Under the pieces are notes generated by a model. That model had not been told where the DNA came from, searched no databases, and saw only the letters and a list, made by a program, of their open reading frames with translations. Positions 45,400 to 58,751 of a stretch of DNA of 64,000 nucleotides are shown here, piece after piece. The stretch comes from Octopus vulgaris (lineage: Eukaryota). Location of the stretch: positions 38,812,001 through 38,876,000 of the forward strand of contig OX597820.1 of the NCBI GenBank assembly GCA_951406725.2, written 5' to 3'. Positions within the stretch are counted from its first letter, which is position 1, and each line of letters starts with the position of its first letter. The position numbers were made by a program, and so were the translations under genes.

Positions 45400-45816
45400 T
45401 ATATATATATATGTATGTATGTCTGGCCGTCGTCCGTGCAACATCGATATTCCTCAGTGTTTGTGAAATTTTGTATCCATGACGTAAGGCTTCATTTCCA
45501 CACACGCCAACCTAATTTAATTCGTCCATAGTCAAACACCTGTTGTTACGTCCTGTTATTATTTGTATTGTATTTGTGTAACATTTCCGGGTTTTTTTCC
45601 GTCCTAGTTTTTGTATACATTCACTGCTTTCTTCCAAGGAATCTAATGTTCTTAGCTTAGTTTTTCCTTTCAGCTAGTCAGATTGGAGCAATCTCAAGTA
45701 TAATCAGCGGAAATTGCGAAGATAATCAGGTATTTGGCTGAGGAAAGAAAACTTCGAATGACACGTCCTTGTTTTCTTTGTATCGTCTATCTCGATGTTT
45801 TGTTGTCCCATTTTTG

Positions 45817-45865
<49 letters not shown>

Positions 45866-46325
45866 TAAAAACGGTAAGATAACAAAAGAATATTATGTAA
45901 ATAGAGGAAATTTATCTATAAAATAATATGTTACAATTATTCAAAAGTCAAGATAAAACTTTGAGTTTCGGATACCCAACTGGAAATCAACAACACCATC
46001 TCTTCGGTTATCTGGTCATCTGAAAGACGCTATGAAAAAATACCGTTTAAATAAAGGAAAATTACTGTGTTATAATTCCGCTACTTATATAAATTAAGAT
46101 TAAAAGTTCATAGTAACCACGTAAACATGGCTATTTATACGCTCACATGTGCCCTTGCGGACCCACGTGCGTACTTATACGTCACTATGAAAACGTATAC
46201 GTCTTCACTCGCATTTTTCGCCAAATGTATACGCTTATATATACAAACTCATACACACACATGCGTATGTAAAAGGAATTTCCCTTTATATAACGGTATT
46301 TTTTCATAGCGTTTTTCAGATGGCG

Positions 46326-46388
46326 AGATAACCGAAAAGATGGTGTTGTGGATTTCCCCTTCGGCATCCGAAACTCAGAGTTTTATTT
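46326..46388 (+). ncRNA. Variant hammerhead-like motif (CCGAARA core), mirrored at 45951-46013 on the minus strand
   Basis: AGATAA-CCGAAAA-GATG...CATC-C-GAAA-CTCAGAG-TT-TTATTT. The mirror copy has CCGAAGA and a perfect helix I (AGATAA/TTATCT). Confidence 0.5.
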
Positions 46389-46413
46389 TGACTTTTCAAT
46401 AATTGCAACATAT

Positions 46414-46463
<50 letters not shown>

Positions 46464-46518
46464 GAAAGAATAAATAGAGTCAAATGAATAGGAAATACGA
46501 TTCGATAGCTAAATAATG

Positions 46519-46630
46519 ACCACAACACATGTTTCGATACAACATAGCTCCACATATATACAGGATTTGAATTTAAATTAAGTAACGGTTTACCTGTCTA
46601 ATAGGACCTAGATGTATCTCGTCAGGTGAT
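46519..46630 (-). ncRNA. Type-I hammerhead ribozyme with ~70-nt loop II
   Basis: Minus strand reads ATCAC-CTGACGA-GATACA-(~70 nt)-TGTATC-GAAA-CATGTG-TT-GTGGT. Helix III ACATGTGT is self-complementary with G-U pairs. GUU cleavage site. Confidence 0.75.
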
Positions 46631-46770
46631 ATATAATCTCCGTCTCCGTAAGTAAATGTTTGAATTCGGGGCTATCAGATTCAACTAGCTCCTTTGAATC
46701 TGGTAATTCTAAGGGCGAACAAGCTCTGTTTTGTTCTCTAATACGTTATTAACGGAATATACATCAACTA

Positions 46771-46853
<83 letters not shown>

Positions 46854-46898
46854 ATATATATACATATATATGTATATATACACATATATATATATATG

Positions 46899-46988
<90 letters not shown>

Positions 46989-47033
46989 TGTTATCTGTGG
47001 ATTGTATATATATATAGCGATATGTATGTCAAC

Positions 47034-47191
<158 letters not shown>

Positions 47192-47862
47192 ATATACAGA
47201 GTTGACGGGGTACCATATTTGAACTCTCTATTACTGAATAATTAAACATTATACAATCCACAGATAACATTCTAAACTCTAGGGATGAAACATCTTCTCC
47301 CTGCATACACAGGCAATATTTTACATTCTGTAATTTCAAAGTAGAGTCACTATATGCGACGGTAATCCCATGTAAACTCTGGACACCCATAGCATGCAAA
47401 CTGAACGCAGAAGAAATATACCCTAATCACGTAATACCTTCGCACACAAGTATAAGAATGCCATGAATAGAACAAAAATAAAATAATGCAAACAAATTGA
47501 CAGCACAACAATTTGCCCTTTGGACAAATCCAAGGGAGACAAATATCCAAAAGATGCCACCAAGATTAACGTCATTGTTTTATTCACATGAATTGATGAG
47601 AATCTCCGCGAAGTCAAAGAAGCTGTGTGTTCGAAAATGGCGACGAACGTCTTTTTGCATCTGATTGGCTTGAAATATTGTTAAGACATTGAGAGGCTTT
47701 CCTACTTTTCTTAACATGGAACCAACGGTTGCCTTAATTCACAAATGAAGAACTTATATCCACCAATGCGGTGTTGAGGACTCATTTTAATAGTTCGATA
47801 TTTACGTACATACACACAGACACAGACACACACACACAGATGTTGAGATAGGCTATCTTTCT

Positions 47863-47941
47863 TTCCTGATGAGAAGATTGCATTTTACAACGTTTATTCC
47901 TTTGGAATAAAACCAATGTTGTATTCGAAACATATGTCGAA
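47863..47941 (+). ncRNA. Type-I hammerhead ribozyme, canonical core
   Basis: TTC-CTGATGA-GAA...TTC-GAAA-CATATG-TC-GAA. Helix II continues as tacaacgtt/aatgttgta and tttattcc/ggaataaa. Helix III is the palindrome ACATATGT. GUC cleavage after 47938. Confidence 0.8.
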
Positions 47942-48148
47942 CGTAAAAGACTTTTAATAACATCTGCGTTCAACTCCATTTATTTACTTATACTACACAA
48001 ATTACTGCACATTAACCCGGAGTTTCTACCTTTGAATAGGTTTGCTTCATCCGTGTTACTTGCGTGAATTTTGCTACCCTGGTAACTGTTTATTGAATTT
48101 TCCATTTTAACGGTAAACAAAGGATAATTAATTCATCCATTTATATAC

Positions 48149-48179
<31 letters not shown>

Positions 48180-48252
48180 ATATATGTGATGGTGTGTGAG
48201 AGAGTGTGTCTGTGTGTATACATATATGGAAATGTATATATAAATATGCGTG

Positions 48253-48294
<42 letters not shown>

Positions 48295-48879
48295 CGTCTG
48301 TATGTTCCCCCATCATTTTAAACCAATTTTCGTATGTTTACGTCCCCGTAACTTAGCGGTTCGGCAAAGAGATCGATAGAATAAGTATTAGGTTTACAAA
48401 TAATAAGTCCTGAGGTCGATTTGTTCGACCGAAACCTGCTCCAGCATGGCCGCCGTCAAATGACTGAAACAACTAAAAGAGTATATTTATGTACGTTTCG
48501 TCTCGTTGTAATACTACAGGGTATTTGTTAATGTCACGAAAGAACCAATTCAATAATCTCCCGTTAACTGTATGACGGCAATATTAAATATGGTACATAT
48601 CCACTTTCTACAAAAGATAACAGTGAGGATTTCGTTTAACGGTTTTCAATGTTATTGACTTCGTGATACACCGGAGTTCAGATAAAAAATTACTATTGCA
48701 CGTCGCATGAACATAGTTTTTTCTTTTATAAAAAATATTGTTTTACAGTTGAAAAATATAGGAAAAGTATCTTGAAACTAGTGCTTACGCTATTTTACTT
48801 CTCATTCATGTGCAAAGCATGTTTTTCAGTGTCGAGACTTTTGTGCGCACAAACAGACTTCCATCTTCTCAATCCACCT

Positions 48880-49930
48880 TTTTTTCTTTTTTCGTCTAAT
48901 CTTGGTTTGTACAGAACTCTTAATTTACGAAAATATGTTATTGAAACTTGAATCAAAAAAATTTCGTAGTTACGAAAGGAAAATCTTTCATGGAAGACAA
49001 AATATTCTTAGTAAAAGGCTAAGCATATTTGATATTAAATCCACGATGGGTGTATATAGTAGTCCTAAAGTCAGTTCGAATATCCCCGGGACGGTTTCTA
49101 ATCCACCAAATTTAATGATGGAAGAAAATACTCTCTCAATTCTTCTTCTGTTGTCCAATGTCCACCCATGAAAAAAGTTAAATTTATTAAATCATGTATA
49201 CTTACTAATAAAAATAATTCCAACTCATCGTATATTGTTTTTTCTTTCTTTTGTACATTATTGTTTTTCTGAACTGTCGTCAATTTATCTGTGGTTTCAA
49301 AGAATTTTTATATTTATCTTGCATTCTTTGGTTGAAAGAGATCAAAATGGTTGACAAATATTGGAGGAGAGGAATAAAAAACAACTGATATTGTATATAT
49401 TTCGTGACATTAACAAATGTGCTTTTGATATGATTTTCCAAAATTTGAAGAAGCGATTATCAGAACTCACACATACAGCAGAGCACCTTTCGTCTTGATA
49501 TCTAACGTACTTTGATGTATAGAAATGTCGCTGTTGCAAAGCTCTGTGAATACAAATTATTTATAGCCAATATTTTTAATAAAATTAATAATTTCATCAG
49601 CTTTTAATCTTGTCTCAATTCGATACCTAAAGATTTTTGCAAACAACGCTTAACTATAACGAAAGTAATGATCCATAATGTTCTTTTTACAATATTTTAA
49701 GTGATTTTAAACAAGAAAGTTCTCTATTGGTACAAATACCTTCTCATAAGTTCCATGGTGATTTCCAGTTTCAACGTAGTGTCTGTTATCTCTTGAATGC
49801 TCATAGAACCGCTTTATTGGTTTATCAGATGGTTTATCAACGTGCAATGGAAGTTTATTACAGTACGTTTTTTCTTCAATATCAGTTGGAAATATCGAAT
49901 TCCATCTACAAACAATATCATTTTTTAGAG
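48880..49930 (-). mobile_element. Possible MULE/Mutator transposase remnant
   Basis: Minus-strand pieces RHFYTSK... (cf. C.FH..Q), FFMGGHW (cf. YF..TWIG) and a downstream HP motif, in MULE order. Degenerate. Confidence 0.35.
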
Positions 49931-49976
49931 AGGAACACACACATAAAGGAAGAGAGAGATTGGGAGAGATAGTTAC

Positions 49977-50029
<53 letters not shown>

Positions 50030-50963
50030 TAGACAGAAAGACGGAGAAACAAGGAGAGATATGTGTGGAAAGATACATATTGTTGTATCCTTGTTTTAAT
50101 ACATTTTTTCCCTGAAATGCAAAATAGTTTCTGTATCAGAATTCAGCATTTTTTCGAACCATTTTAGATATATGATAAGAAGCCATATGAGCGTTTCCAG
50201 GAACTGTTATACTTTTAAAAGCATTTGTCTGTTTTCTCTGGTTTTCTGACAGTCTTTTATAATAATTTAAATCTAGTCTTCATATATATATATATATATA
50301 TATATATGAATGTTTAGTTTTGAAGTGTTTGTGTAACTCGCCAGAAAGCATTGACTCGTTTGATACTTTATATCGAGATGTCGGAAGCATAATTATGTTT
50401 GGTCTTCATTGCCAAGAAACATGAAAGTTTATATATCTGTTGCTGCATTTGTGATTAAGTTGCGCTTTTATCATTGTATGTATAACAATTTTTCGCTTTT
50501 GAAGTATGCAAATTATCGAATCCACACTCACTAAATTTAACGTTTCTTATTTAGTAATTTGTGTATGACCGAAACTATGTATACAAACAGGTGAAATAGG
50601 TGATTATTTTAAACCAAATTTAAGAATAACAACGGAACAAGTTCTCATTAGAGGGACTCGGTACAGAGAGTAGAGTTATCTTTATTATAAAATGGGCACT
50701 CACTGCAGCATTAAGCTTCGCCTAAGACCTTACAATATATGCGCGTTCACGCGTTTGTGTATATATATATATATATATTTATTTATTTATACGTGTGTAT
50801 GAAAGTGTGTCTATGTTTATATATGTATGTTTGCATATATATATAGAGAGAGGGGGAGAAGGGGAGAGGGTTAGATTTATAGACACGTAGAAGTATACAC
50901 ATCCATATACAGGCACAAATACAGAAATACAGAAACACACACGCACATTTATATATGTATACA

Positions 50964-51170
50964 CGACGGGGCTGTGAAAATTTCATGGCTTTGGGCAAAA
51001 GTAAGTACAAGAGGATCAGCTAATTATGATTTTATTCAACATATTTCCGACTAACATTATCACACTTATTGTAGCGGTCCTTCAGTTTTTCTAAGCCCTG
51101 TAAAAGAACTCGGAAGGAAGGTTGACTATCAAACCAGGCTTTTCGCCAGGAACTTTTCAGCAACCCCACG
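50964..51170. mobile_element. Tc1/mariner-derived MITE
   Basis: Imperfect TIRs cgacggggctgtgaaaatttcatggc / gccaggaacttttcagcaaccccacg, followed by TA. Confidence 0.7.
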
Positions 51171-52309
51171 TACAGTGGTGAGGGTGAAAAATCCGTACAC
51201 TTCGATACTGAACATTCAACTATTCAAATATTTGATCACTGAATTACCTGATTCTGAATTGACGTGTAACGTGTAATACTCTGATAGAATCAATGTGATG
51301 TAATCTTACCAAGTTTATGTTCTTTCAAGTAAAGAGATAATCCCATTGGTAATTATATATACAACGTTCATAAAAGTAGGAGGCCTGGAATTCAGCAAAT
51401 CTTTTGGATTTGTACTGTCAACTCGTATTTCATGACCATACCCTACAGCAATATTAATTAAGAGAATCACTACCATAACGACGGAATGTTCCTCATGATT
51501 TACGCCCTATTTTGTGCGTTTTGTTATAAAAACGTTAGCGATATAAAAACATTTTGGTTTCAAGAACGTTTTGTTTTATATGTACAATGAAGGTGTATGC
51601 ACATGCACAAAACGAACAACGCTTTGCAAGGTTAGTTACAACATGTTTTCTTCAAAAATGAAGTCTATCAAAGTTTAAACAATTTTTGAGACATTCGGTG
51701 TCTCATGCTGTCTCCTGGGTTTGTATGACCCTATTAAATGGCTCGACAAATGTCTAAATTTTAGTCTAGCTGTGATCAACATATTTATCCGGAACTATAG
51801 CACGTTCTGACATGAGATTTCATTGATGGAAGACGCTGTTAATACGATGAAATATGTATGTGTGTATGTGTGACTGTGTGTGTATGTGAGTGTGTATGTG
51901 TGTGTGTGTATGTGTGTGTGAGTGACTCAGTGTGTATATATCTTCACCACTCATATTAAATCATATATCTAGCGAGTTAACTTGGGATTCCTTAACGAAA
52001 ATGTAACCTTCATACTACTAAGGTACCTTCGGCCGAATGAGTAACTAGTGGAGTACCCCTCGTTGAGTTACTTTCATTTCTGAGGATTGCTAGGTAAGAA
52101 ACTGTTGTAAGGAATTAATAATAATGGTACACCCCTCCCACGTGACGAAAGGAATAACCTAATCTCTATAAGTGAAGAGAGGTACATGAAATTCTCGAGT
52201 TACATAGTATGCACTCAGAGATAATCGTGTCGTTACTGGTTTTACTCTGTATACTGTATACCGAAGTGGGCGTTATAACAATCCAGCATTGTAAGGATTA
52301 TAACTGTGG

Positions 52310-52572
52310 CGAGGAGGATTTAAACAACTCAGGTGGAATTAATAAACTCGACGAGGATTTAAACACCTCACTAGAAATTAATACACTCAACGACGATTTA
52401 AATAACTCACGAGAAATTAATACACTCGACGCTTAATACACTTAATGACGATTTGAATAACTCACGAGAAATTAATAAACACGGCGAGGAATTAATAAAC
52501 TCGACGAGGATTTTGACAACTCATGAGATATTAAAAACTCATGGGGAATTAACGAGGACTTAACAAACTCAC
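52310..52572 (+). repeat. ~39-bp tandem repeat array in the Gypsy 5' leader
   Basis: Units such as cgacgaggatttaaacacctcactagaaattaatacact, about 5 full and several partial. Confidence 0.8.
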
Positions 52573-52698
52573 AAAAATTTTTCTTGTGCGAATTTTACAA
52601 AAACAAGTCGTAAAATTATGGAAAAATTTTTGGGTGGTTTGTTCGAGTTGCAAAAAGCAGCAACAACAACTGAAAGTTCAACAACAGCAGCAGATATA

Positions 52699-52929
52699 TA
52701 TTTCTTTATTGCCCACAAGGGGCTAAACATAGAGGGGACAAACAAGGACAGACAGAAGGATTAAGTCGATTACATCGACCCCAGTGTGAAACTGGTACTT
52801 TATTTATCAACCCCGGAAGGATGAAAGGCAAAGTCGACCTCGGCGGAATTTGAACTCAGAACGTAAGAGCAGACGAAATACCGCTAAGCATTTCGCCCGG
52901 CGCGCAAACGTGTCTGCCAGCTCGCCACC
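52699..52929 (-). mobile_element. tRNA-derived SINE family C (Deu/Nin-like central domain) nested in the Gypsy gag region
   Basis: Minus strand GGTGGCGAGCTGGCAGA...GAGTTCAAATTCC...GCCTTTCATCCTTCCGGGGTTGATAAATAAAGTACC...AATAAAGAAATA. TSD (c)aacagcagcagatata at 52682-52698 and 52929-52945. Degenerate relatives at ~7625-7835 and ~42690-42830. Confidence 0.9.
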
Positions 52930-54379
52930 AACAGCAGCAGATATAACTGCAAGAGAAACAGCAGAGGCTATACCAATAACGAATAATATAACAGCAACAA
53001 ATACCAGGAAAGTACGAAAAAAGTGTTCTCGTCAGACTATGTCGCGAACTCCATAACAGAGATCAAATACGAACCTGACGAAGGAGTTACCTTCGAAGCA
53101 TACTACAGAAGATATGAGTAAATCTTCGATAAAGAATGTAGAGACTGGTACGACGAGATGAAAATGTGCTTAATCTGAAGAAAACTAGCGACAGCAAGAC
53201 ATGAGCGTTGCAGAAATTATGTACTTCCATAAAAAAAAACCTTCGGACATAAACTTTAATGACACAATAGACATATTGTGTAACATTTTCAGTGAAAAAA
53301 GCTCATTGGTCAACATACGTTGGAAGTGTCTGAACATAGGGAAAAACAATGACAAAGACTACCTCACATATGCTGGTAGTTTAAACCGGGAACGTATGAA
53401 GTTTAAGCTGGGCGAATTAACTCGAGATATGTTCAAATGCCTGAATTTTACACAGGGATTTACTGCCGAAATGACGCAGAAGTTAGAATTAGAATTCTCG
53501 CTAAGCTGGGACAAAACCAGCATGTAACCCTACAGCAAGTGTCAGAAGAATGTGAAAGGATAGTCAAATTAAGATACGACACAGAGGAAACTGAACGTAA
53601 AGATTGTTTCCAAGTAAAACAAATGCGAAATAGTCAGAATAGAGATAAATATTTTCCTAAAAAGCACGTCAAAATCAGAAAATAATCCCATGTTCTGTAT
53701 GTGGAGGTATGCACCTGAGGAAAAATTGCCCATTTAAAAAAGCGAATTGCTTTCGTTGTAGTAATATCGGATATATAAACACGCACAGTAGAACGAAGAT
53801 GACAAAACATCAGAACAAAGGGAAAAAAAGATTAAATAGAACGTCATCGGAAAAAAGTTAGTAATATAAAAATGATGAAATTTGTGACGGTGAAAATTAG
53901 AAACACAAGTGTTAAAATGCAATTGCACACTGGTTGTGATATCATCATTATAAACGAAAAAATATGGAGATAAGTCGGTAAGCCGAAATTAATTAAATCG
54001 AAAAAGATTGGTAAAAGATAATATTTTTTCAGTGAATTCGTATATAGTATAAGGTTTCGAGGTCAAACAAAAAAGGCAAGGATATGTGTATTAAAATATT
54101 CACTTAATCTATTTGGCACAGAGTAGGTAGTGCTATTCAGATTGTGGGATACGCCCATCAGCGTTCAGTGTAGAAATATAGTTGGGTCAGTCAAAAGTTC
54201 AAACGTGACTGAGGGACTGAAACAAAAACGTGCAGTAAGACAGAGTAGAACGCCAGTATGTAAACCAAAACGAAATGTAAAATTATCCACGATAAAAGTA
54301 AACCTTCCTCAAAAGTAGATGTTCCGTGGTCGAGACTACACATTAATTTCGCTAGTCCTTTAAATGTTTCTTACTACAT

Positions 54380-54991
54380 AATGTTAGTTGATAGTTTCTC
54401 GAAATGGCCAGAAATTTGTAAGTGTTAAAAGCCAACCTCCTCAAATGTGAGACATTTTTTACACGAATTGTTGCAAGATTTGGCATCACAGACAAGATAG
54501 TGTCCAACAATGGAATGCAATTTATTTCATGGGAATTTAAAAAGTTTTGGGAAACGTTCGCGATAGAACATAAAACTACTGCGCCATACCATCCCAGATC
54601 TAATGAACAGACAGAACGCTTTGTCGATACCTTCAAAAGAGCCCTACGTAAATCGCGTAAGGAAGTCACAGATGAGGTAGCTCTACAACAATTTTTAAGA
54701 GTGTACTGTGTAACATCAAATCTGAATATACCAGCAGGAATGTCATCACCAAAGCCAATGTTTGTGTGGAAACTAAAATCAATCTTCGATAAATTGCTAC
54801 CAGGAAAGAAGAGAAAAAGTGCCAAGGAAAACATAGCAGGATTCTTTAAAATTGGTGAACATGTGTTTATGAGGGCATATAAGAATGGAAAGCAGAGTTG
54901 CGAAGATGACGTAATTACCAAATGCATTGGTAAAATGTTGTATTGCGTAAAATATAGAAAACGCATACCAGAAGGACACAGGTGCAACTGA
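54380..54991 (+). pseudogene. Gypsy integrase core (rve) remnant
   Basis: ARFGITDKIVSNNGMQFISWEFKKF...IEHKTTAPYHPRSNEQTERFVDTFKRAL corresponds to FG.P..IVSDNG.QF and APYHP.SNG.AERFV.TFK. The second catalytic Asp is changed to Asn. Confidence 0.9.
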
Positions 54992-55980
54992 AACAGAGAT
55001 TCGTGGAAAGCGAGCAGAAGTTGGAGGAACTGATGGAATGGTTGTACAATACGTTCTAAGTACCAATGCCACTGCAGGTGATCGAACCTAGGCGTACACG
55101 TGAGAGGAAATGAAAAGAGGGAGTTCTTGAAAAGAGATGCGAAGGGCCAAAAATATCAAATTGTACGAAAAAGAACTAAACAAAGGGAAGTGGGGAGAAT
55201 AAAAACAGAATATTGCTAAGTAAAATGACACTCCCTAAGAAAAACTTAAAAGGAGAGATGTTGTAGGGAATTATCAATAACGGTACACCCCTCCACGCGA
55301 AGAATGGAATAACCTGGTCACTACAAGTAACGAGAAGTACGTGAAGTACTGGAGTACGTAGTAGGTGGTCAGAGATTCTCATGTCTTTACTGGTTTTACT
55401 AAGTATACTGTATACTGAAGTGGGCGTAATAACAATCCAGCATTTTAGGGATTATAACAGAAACATATGTAACCTGATGTAGTCTGCATTTTACCAGCTC
55501 CGTTCCCTCAATTTGGAGTTATATATATATATAACTGTGTGTGTATGTAATCAAATGACTTGTGGCCTCCGGGGATATGTCAGCGGTCTTAGAGATCTCC
55601 ATGATTGACTCCCAAAGGGACAATAACCTATAAAGGACTACTTTTCAAAAAAGAAACACATCTTCGGTTCGGTAGTGGATCTGGGCGGCTTCTGTTCTGG
55701 GCATTTAAAAAACATTGTAACAACATATCGGCTGTTGTGACACACCAATCGAGTGCTGCAACGAAGATCAAAAATAAAATGTGACGGAGAGTGCAACAAC
55801 TGGTATCAACTGTAAATTGACGACAGGTTTCTTGAATTCCATTAGGCAATTGTTACAGAAGCGATAAAGAACGCGAATCTACTTCATTATCATGGTAATG
55901 AATTGGTCTAGGAATCGTTCTTATAGCAATGCTTTGTCTATGTGTGCGCTACTGAAATATTGATGGTCTCAACCTTTCCA

Positions 55981-56043
<63 letters not shown>

Positions 56044-57238
56044 TGGTATGTATTTATTTATATTGTAAAAAAGAAGACACATGAATTAAACAATAATTTC
56101 CAGTTAACAACGAAAAATACAAGTTGCAGAAATGTGTTGATTTTTACAATAACACGTACATTGATGAATAAGCTTGTTTGACGTCATACATACAAAAAGC
56201 GTATTGATGTACTTGTGCTAGCAGCTACCGAGAATAATGCAGTGTGACTTCACATACATAAACATACACGCATGTATATATATATATATGTATGTGTGTA
56301 TGTATGTATGTACGTATGTATGTATGTATGTATGTATGCGTGGATGTGGTGTGCGTGTACATGTATGTATATTGTTGTGTCTCGGGAGAGTCATTACGCC
56401 AATAATAACAACAACAGGTATGTGTATTCAGGTATCTACACAAACATACAAACCCTCGCACGGGCGTAGAATATAGGTAATATCTAGTTTTCTAATACGA
56501 GGTCAGTATAGGACAAAAGCTCATCCAATCTATAGCTATCCCGTTTCTTTCGATGAAGAGTTTAGTTACGTCTAGATTATCCTATTCGAACATTTTATAA
56601 GACTATAGTACGGTGTAGGATTGAGATGTGGCTGCTATTTCTGTTTGTAGGACGCTGAACGACGACAGATATTAGATTCCATCACTGGTTCGCGCACCAC
56701 CTTCGCTTTTTGATCTGTATTACAAACCTTAGACTCTCATACAAAGACGAAACACGCTGTATACGGAGAGAAGGAGCCCACATCACACACACGCATACCT
56801 TCAAACACATCGAAAATAATATTGACTATTGTAAATGCTTTCCTTTCGCCTATACGTGTATATCTACCTGCTTCTCATTCTCTTACATTCTCTCGTTATC
56901 TCTTATCTATGTGCGTTTCGTTTGAGCTCTTGCTTTTGCCTTTCGAATCTTTATTCTTGTTGTACTCTTCTTTCTCTATATATCTGTATTGCTAAATATC
57001 TATTGACCGATCTCTCCCTCTTTCTTTCTATGTATCTCTTTCTCTGTGTTTATCTCTCTATTAGTCGTACACATACGCACACTCTCTATCACCAGTTTAT
57101 TACACTCTCACGTTGATTAAGCCACGCACTAATGTGTGTCTCTAACATTATTAACATATCTCTCATATCTCTATTACCAAATATCTATCGAACGATATCA
57201 CGCTCCCTCAGTCTCTCTCTTTGCATATATATATACAA

Positions 57239-57269
<31 letters not shown>

Positions 57270-57882
57270 ACGTATAATGTATGTTTGTATGTATGTACAT
57301 ATATACATATATGCATATGTATGTGTACATATATGTATATATACATATACACACACACACATATACCTTTATATATATGTGAGTGTACGTCTGTGTGTAT
57401 ATGTGTATGTGTGTATTTATATCACCTATACATCTATATATAGATCGATGGATCGATGGATCGATATATACATTTACCTATGTTCATTTTCCAATAGCTC
57501 TCTGTTACGTTTTATCAATTTCGCTTAGTGATATTTTCTCTTTTCCTCAAATCACATTCTGTCTCTCGCTCTCGCTCTGCCTCCTCTCTCTATCTCTCTC
57601 TCTCTCACACTCTTTCCCGATATTTCTGTCTCTCTTTATATATCTTTCTTTATTATCTCCAATCTATCTATATACTTATATTTTCCCGATTATACCTTGT
57701 CATATTTTTTTTAATATTTCCTTTGGACACAATGCATGCTCTCCTTCACTCCTTTATGTATGTATGTATGTATGTATGTATGTATCTATCTATCTATCTA
57801 TCTATCTTTCCATCTATCTCTTTACGCATACATACATATAAACACACACACACTTATATATGTATATTTATATGTATATATA

Positions 57883-57925
<43 letters not shown>

Positions 57926-58089
57926 ATATATGTATATATATTAGAAATATTGAATTTCTAAATGTCTCAGAGAGACATAAGCAGTGGTGAAGCGATATAG
58001 TGGTCGTATACTGTCAACTCAATGTGATAGTCCCGTGAGGGAATTACACCACCGCCATTTAGCCCTAGGAAACATCGACGTCTCCTGTC

Positions 58090-58148
<59 letters not shown>

Positions 58149-58433
58149 TGTATGTATAAAATAAATGAAATAAAACTCATTAAGAACAGGACATCAACAA
58201 CGTGTGAAAAATAGGTATACACATGAGAGATAAGTACGGGACAAAATACCAAAGGTGTAATACCTTCACAATATACACACATTATGTTTATCTGTACGTG
58301 TCTATGTATACATACATGCATATATACATATCTTCATAATGTACCCATTACTCCTTATTTCTATACATAATTGTGTATTTATCTATACTTAAATACAGAC
58401 ACATTCACACACACATATATATATATGTGTGTG

Positions 58434-58501
<68 letters not shown>

Positions 58502-58522
58502 GATATATCTATCTATCTATCA

Positions 58523-58588
<66 letters not shown>

Positions 58589-58636
58589 ATCTATATATAT
58601 ATAAAATATCTATATATATATAAAACTCAGATGTTT

Positions 58637-58725
58637 TTTCGGCTGATGAGTACGGGTCACTTATATTTACTGCAATATTTGCAGCCTTAATAAAGCTGTC
58701 TTCGTACGAAACAATTGTACCGAAA
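58637..58725 (+). ncRNA. Type-I hammerhead ribozyme, canonical core, palindromic helix III
   Basis: TTTCGG-CTGATGA-GTACGGG...TTCGTAC-GAAA-CAATTG-TA-CCGAAA. Helix I is 6 bp, helix II is 7 bp with two G-U pairs, helix III is the palindrome ACAATTGT. Predicted GUA cleavage after 58719. Confidence 0.9.
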
Positions 58726-58751
58726 TATTGATCCATTCTTGTTGCTTTTTT

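Larger units (their letters stand above)
52103..55459 (+). mobile_element. Ty3/Gypsy LTR retrotransposon (Mag/K02A2.6-like), internally deleted, lacking RT/RNase H
   Basis: 5' LTR 52103-52305 and 3' LTR 55259-55459 (TGTTGTA...ATTATAAC[T/A]). TSD GAAAC at 52098-52102 and 55460-55464. PBS TGGCGAGGAGGA at 52307, PPT AAAAGGAGAGA at 55248-55258. Frameshifted gag with CSVCGGMHLRKNC...CFRC knuckles (53691-), protease QLHTGCDIII (D>H, ~53920), and integrase. Confidence 0.93.

Noticed and set aside
52310-52572. Repeat array superficially CRISPR-like
   Set aside because: Contiguous degenerate tandem units with no unique spacers, inside an LTR element in eukaryotic DNA, and no cas genes.
52830-52929. 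tRNA-like A/B boxes in SINE heads (also 11630-11692, 44940-45010, ~19000-19085)
   Set aside because: No complete cloverleaf, and they continue into SINE bodies, so they are not called tRNA genes.
53075-53100. CTGACGA-AGG-agtta-CCT-tcGAAG hammerhead-like string
   Set aside because: It lies in Gypsy gag coding sequence (EPDEGVTFEAY) and has no GAAA, helix III or helix I, so it is coincidental.
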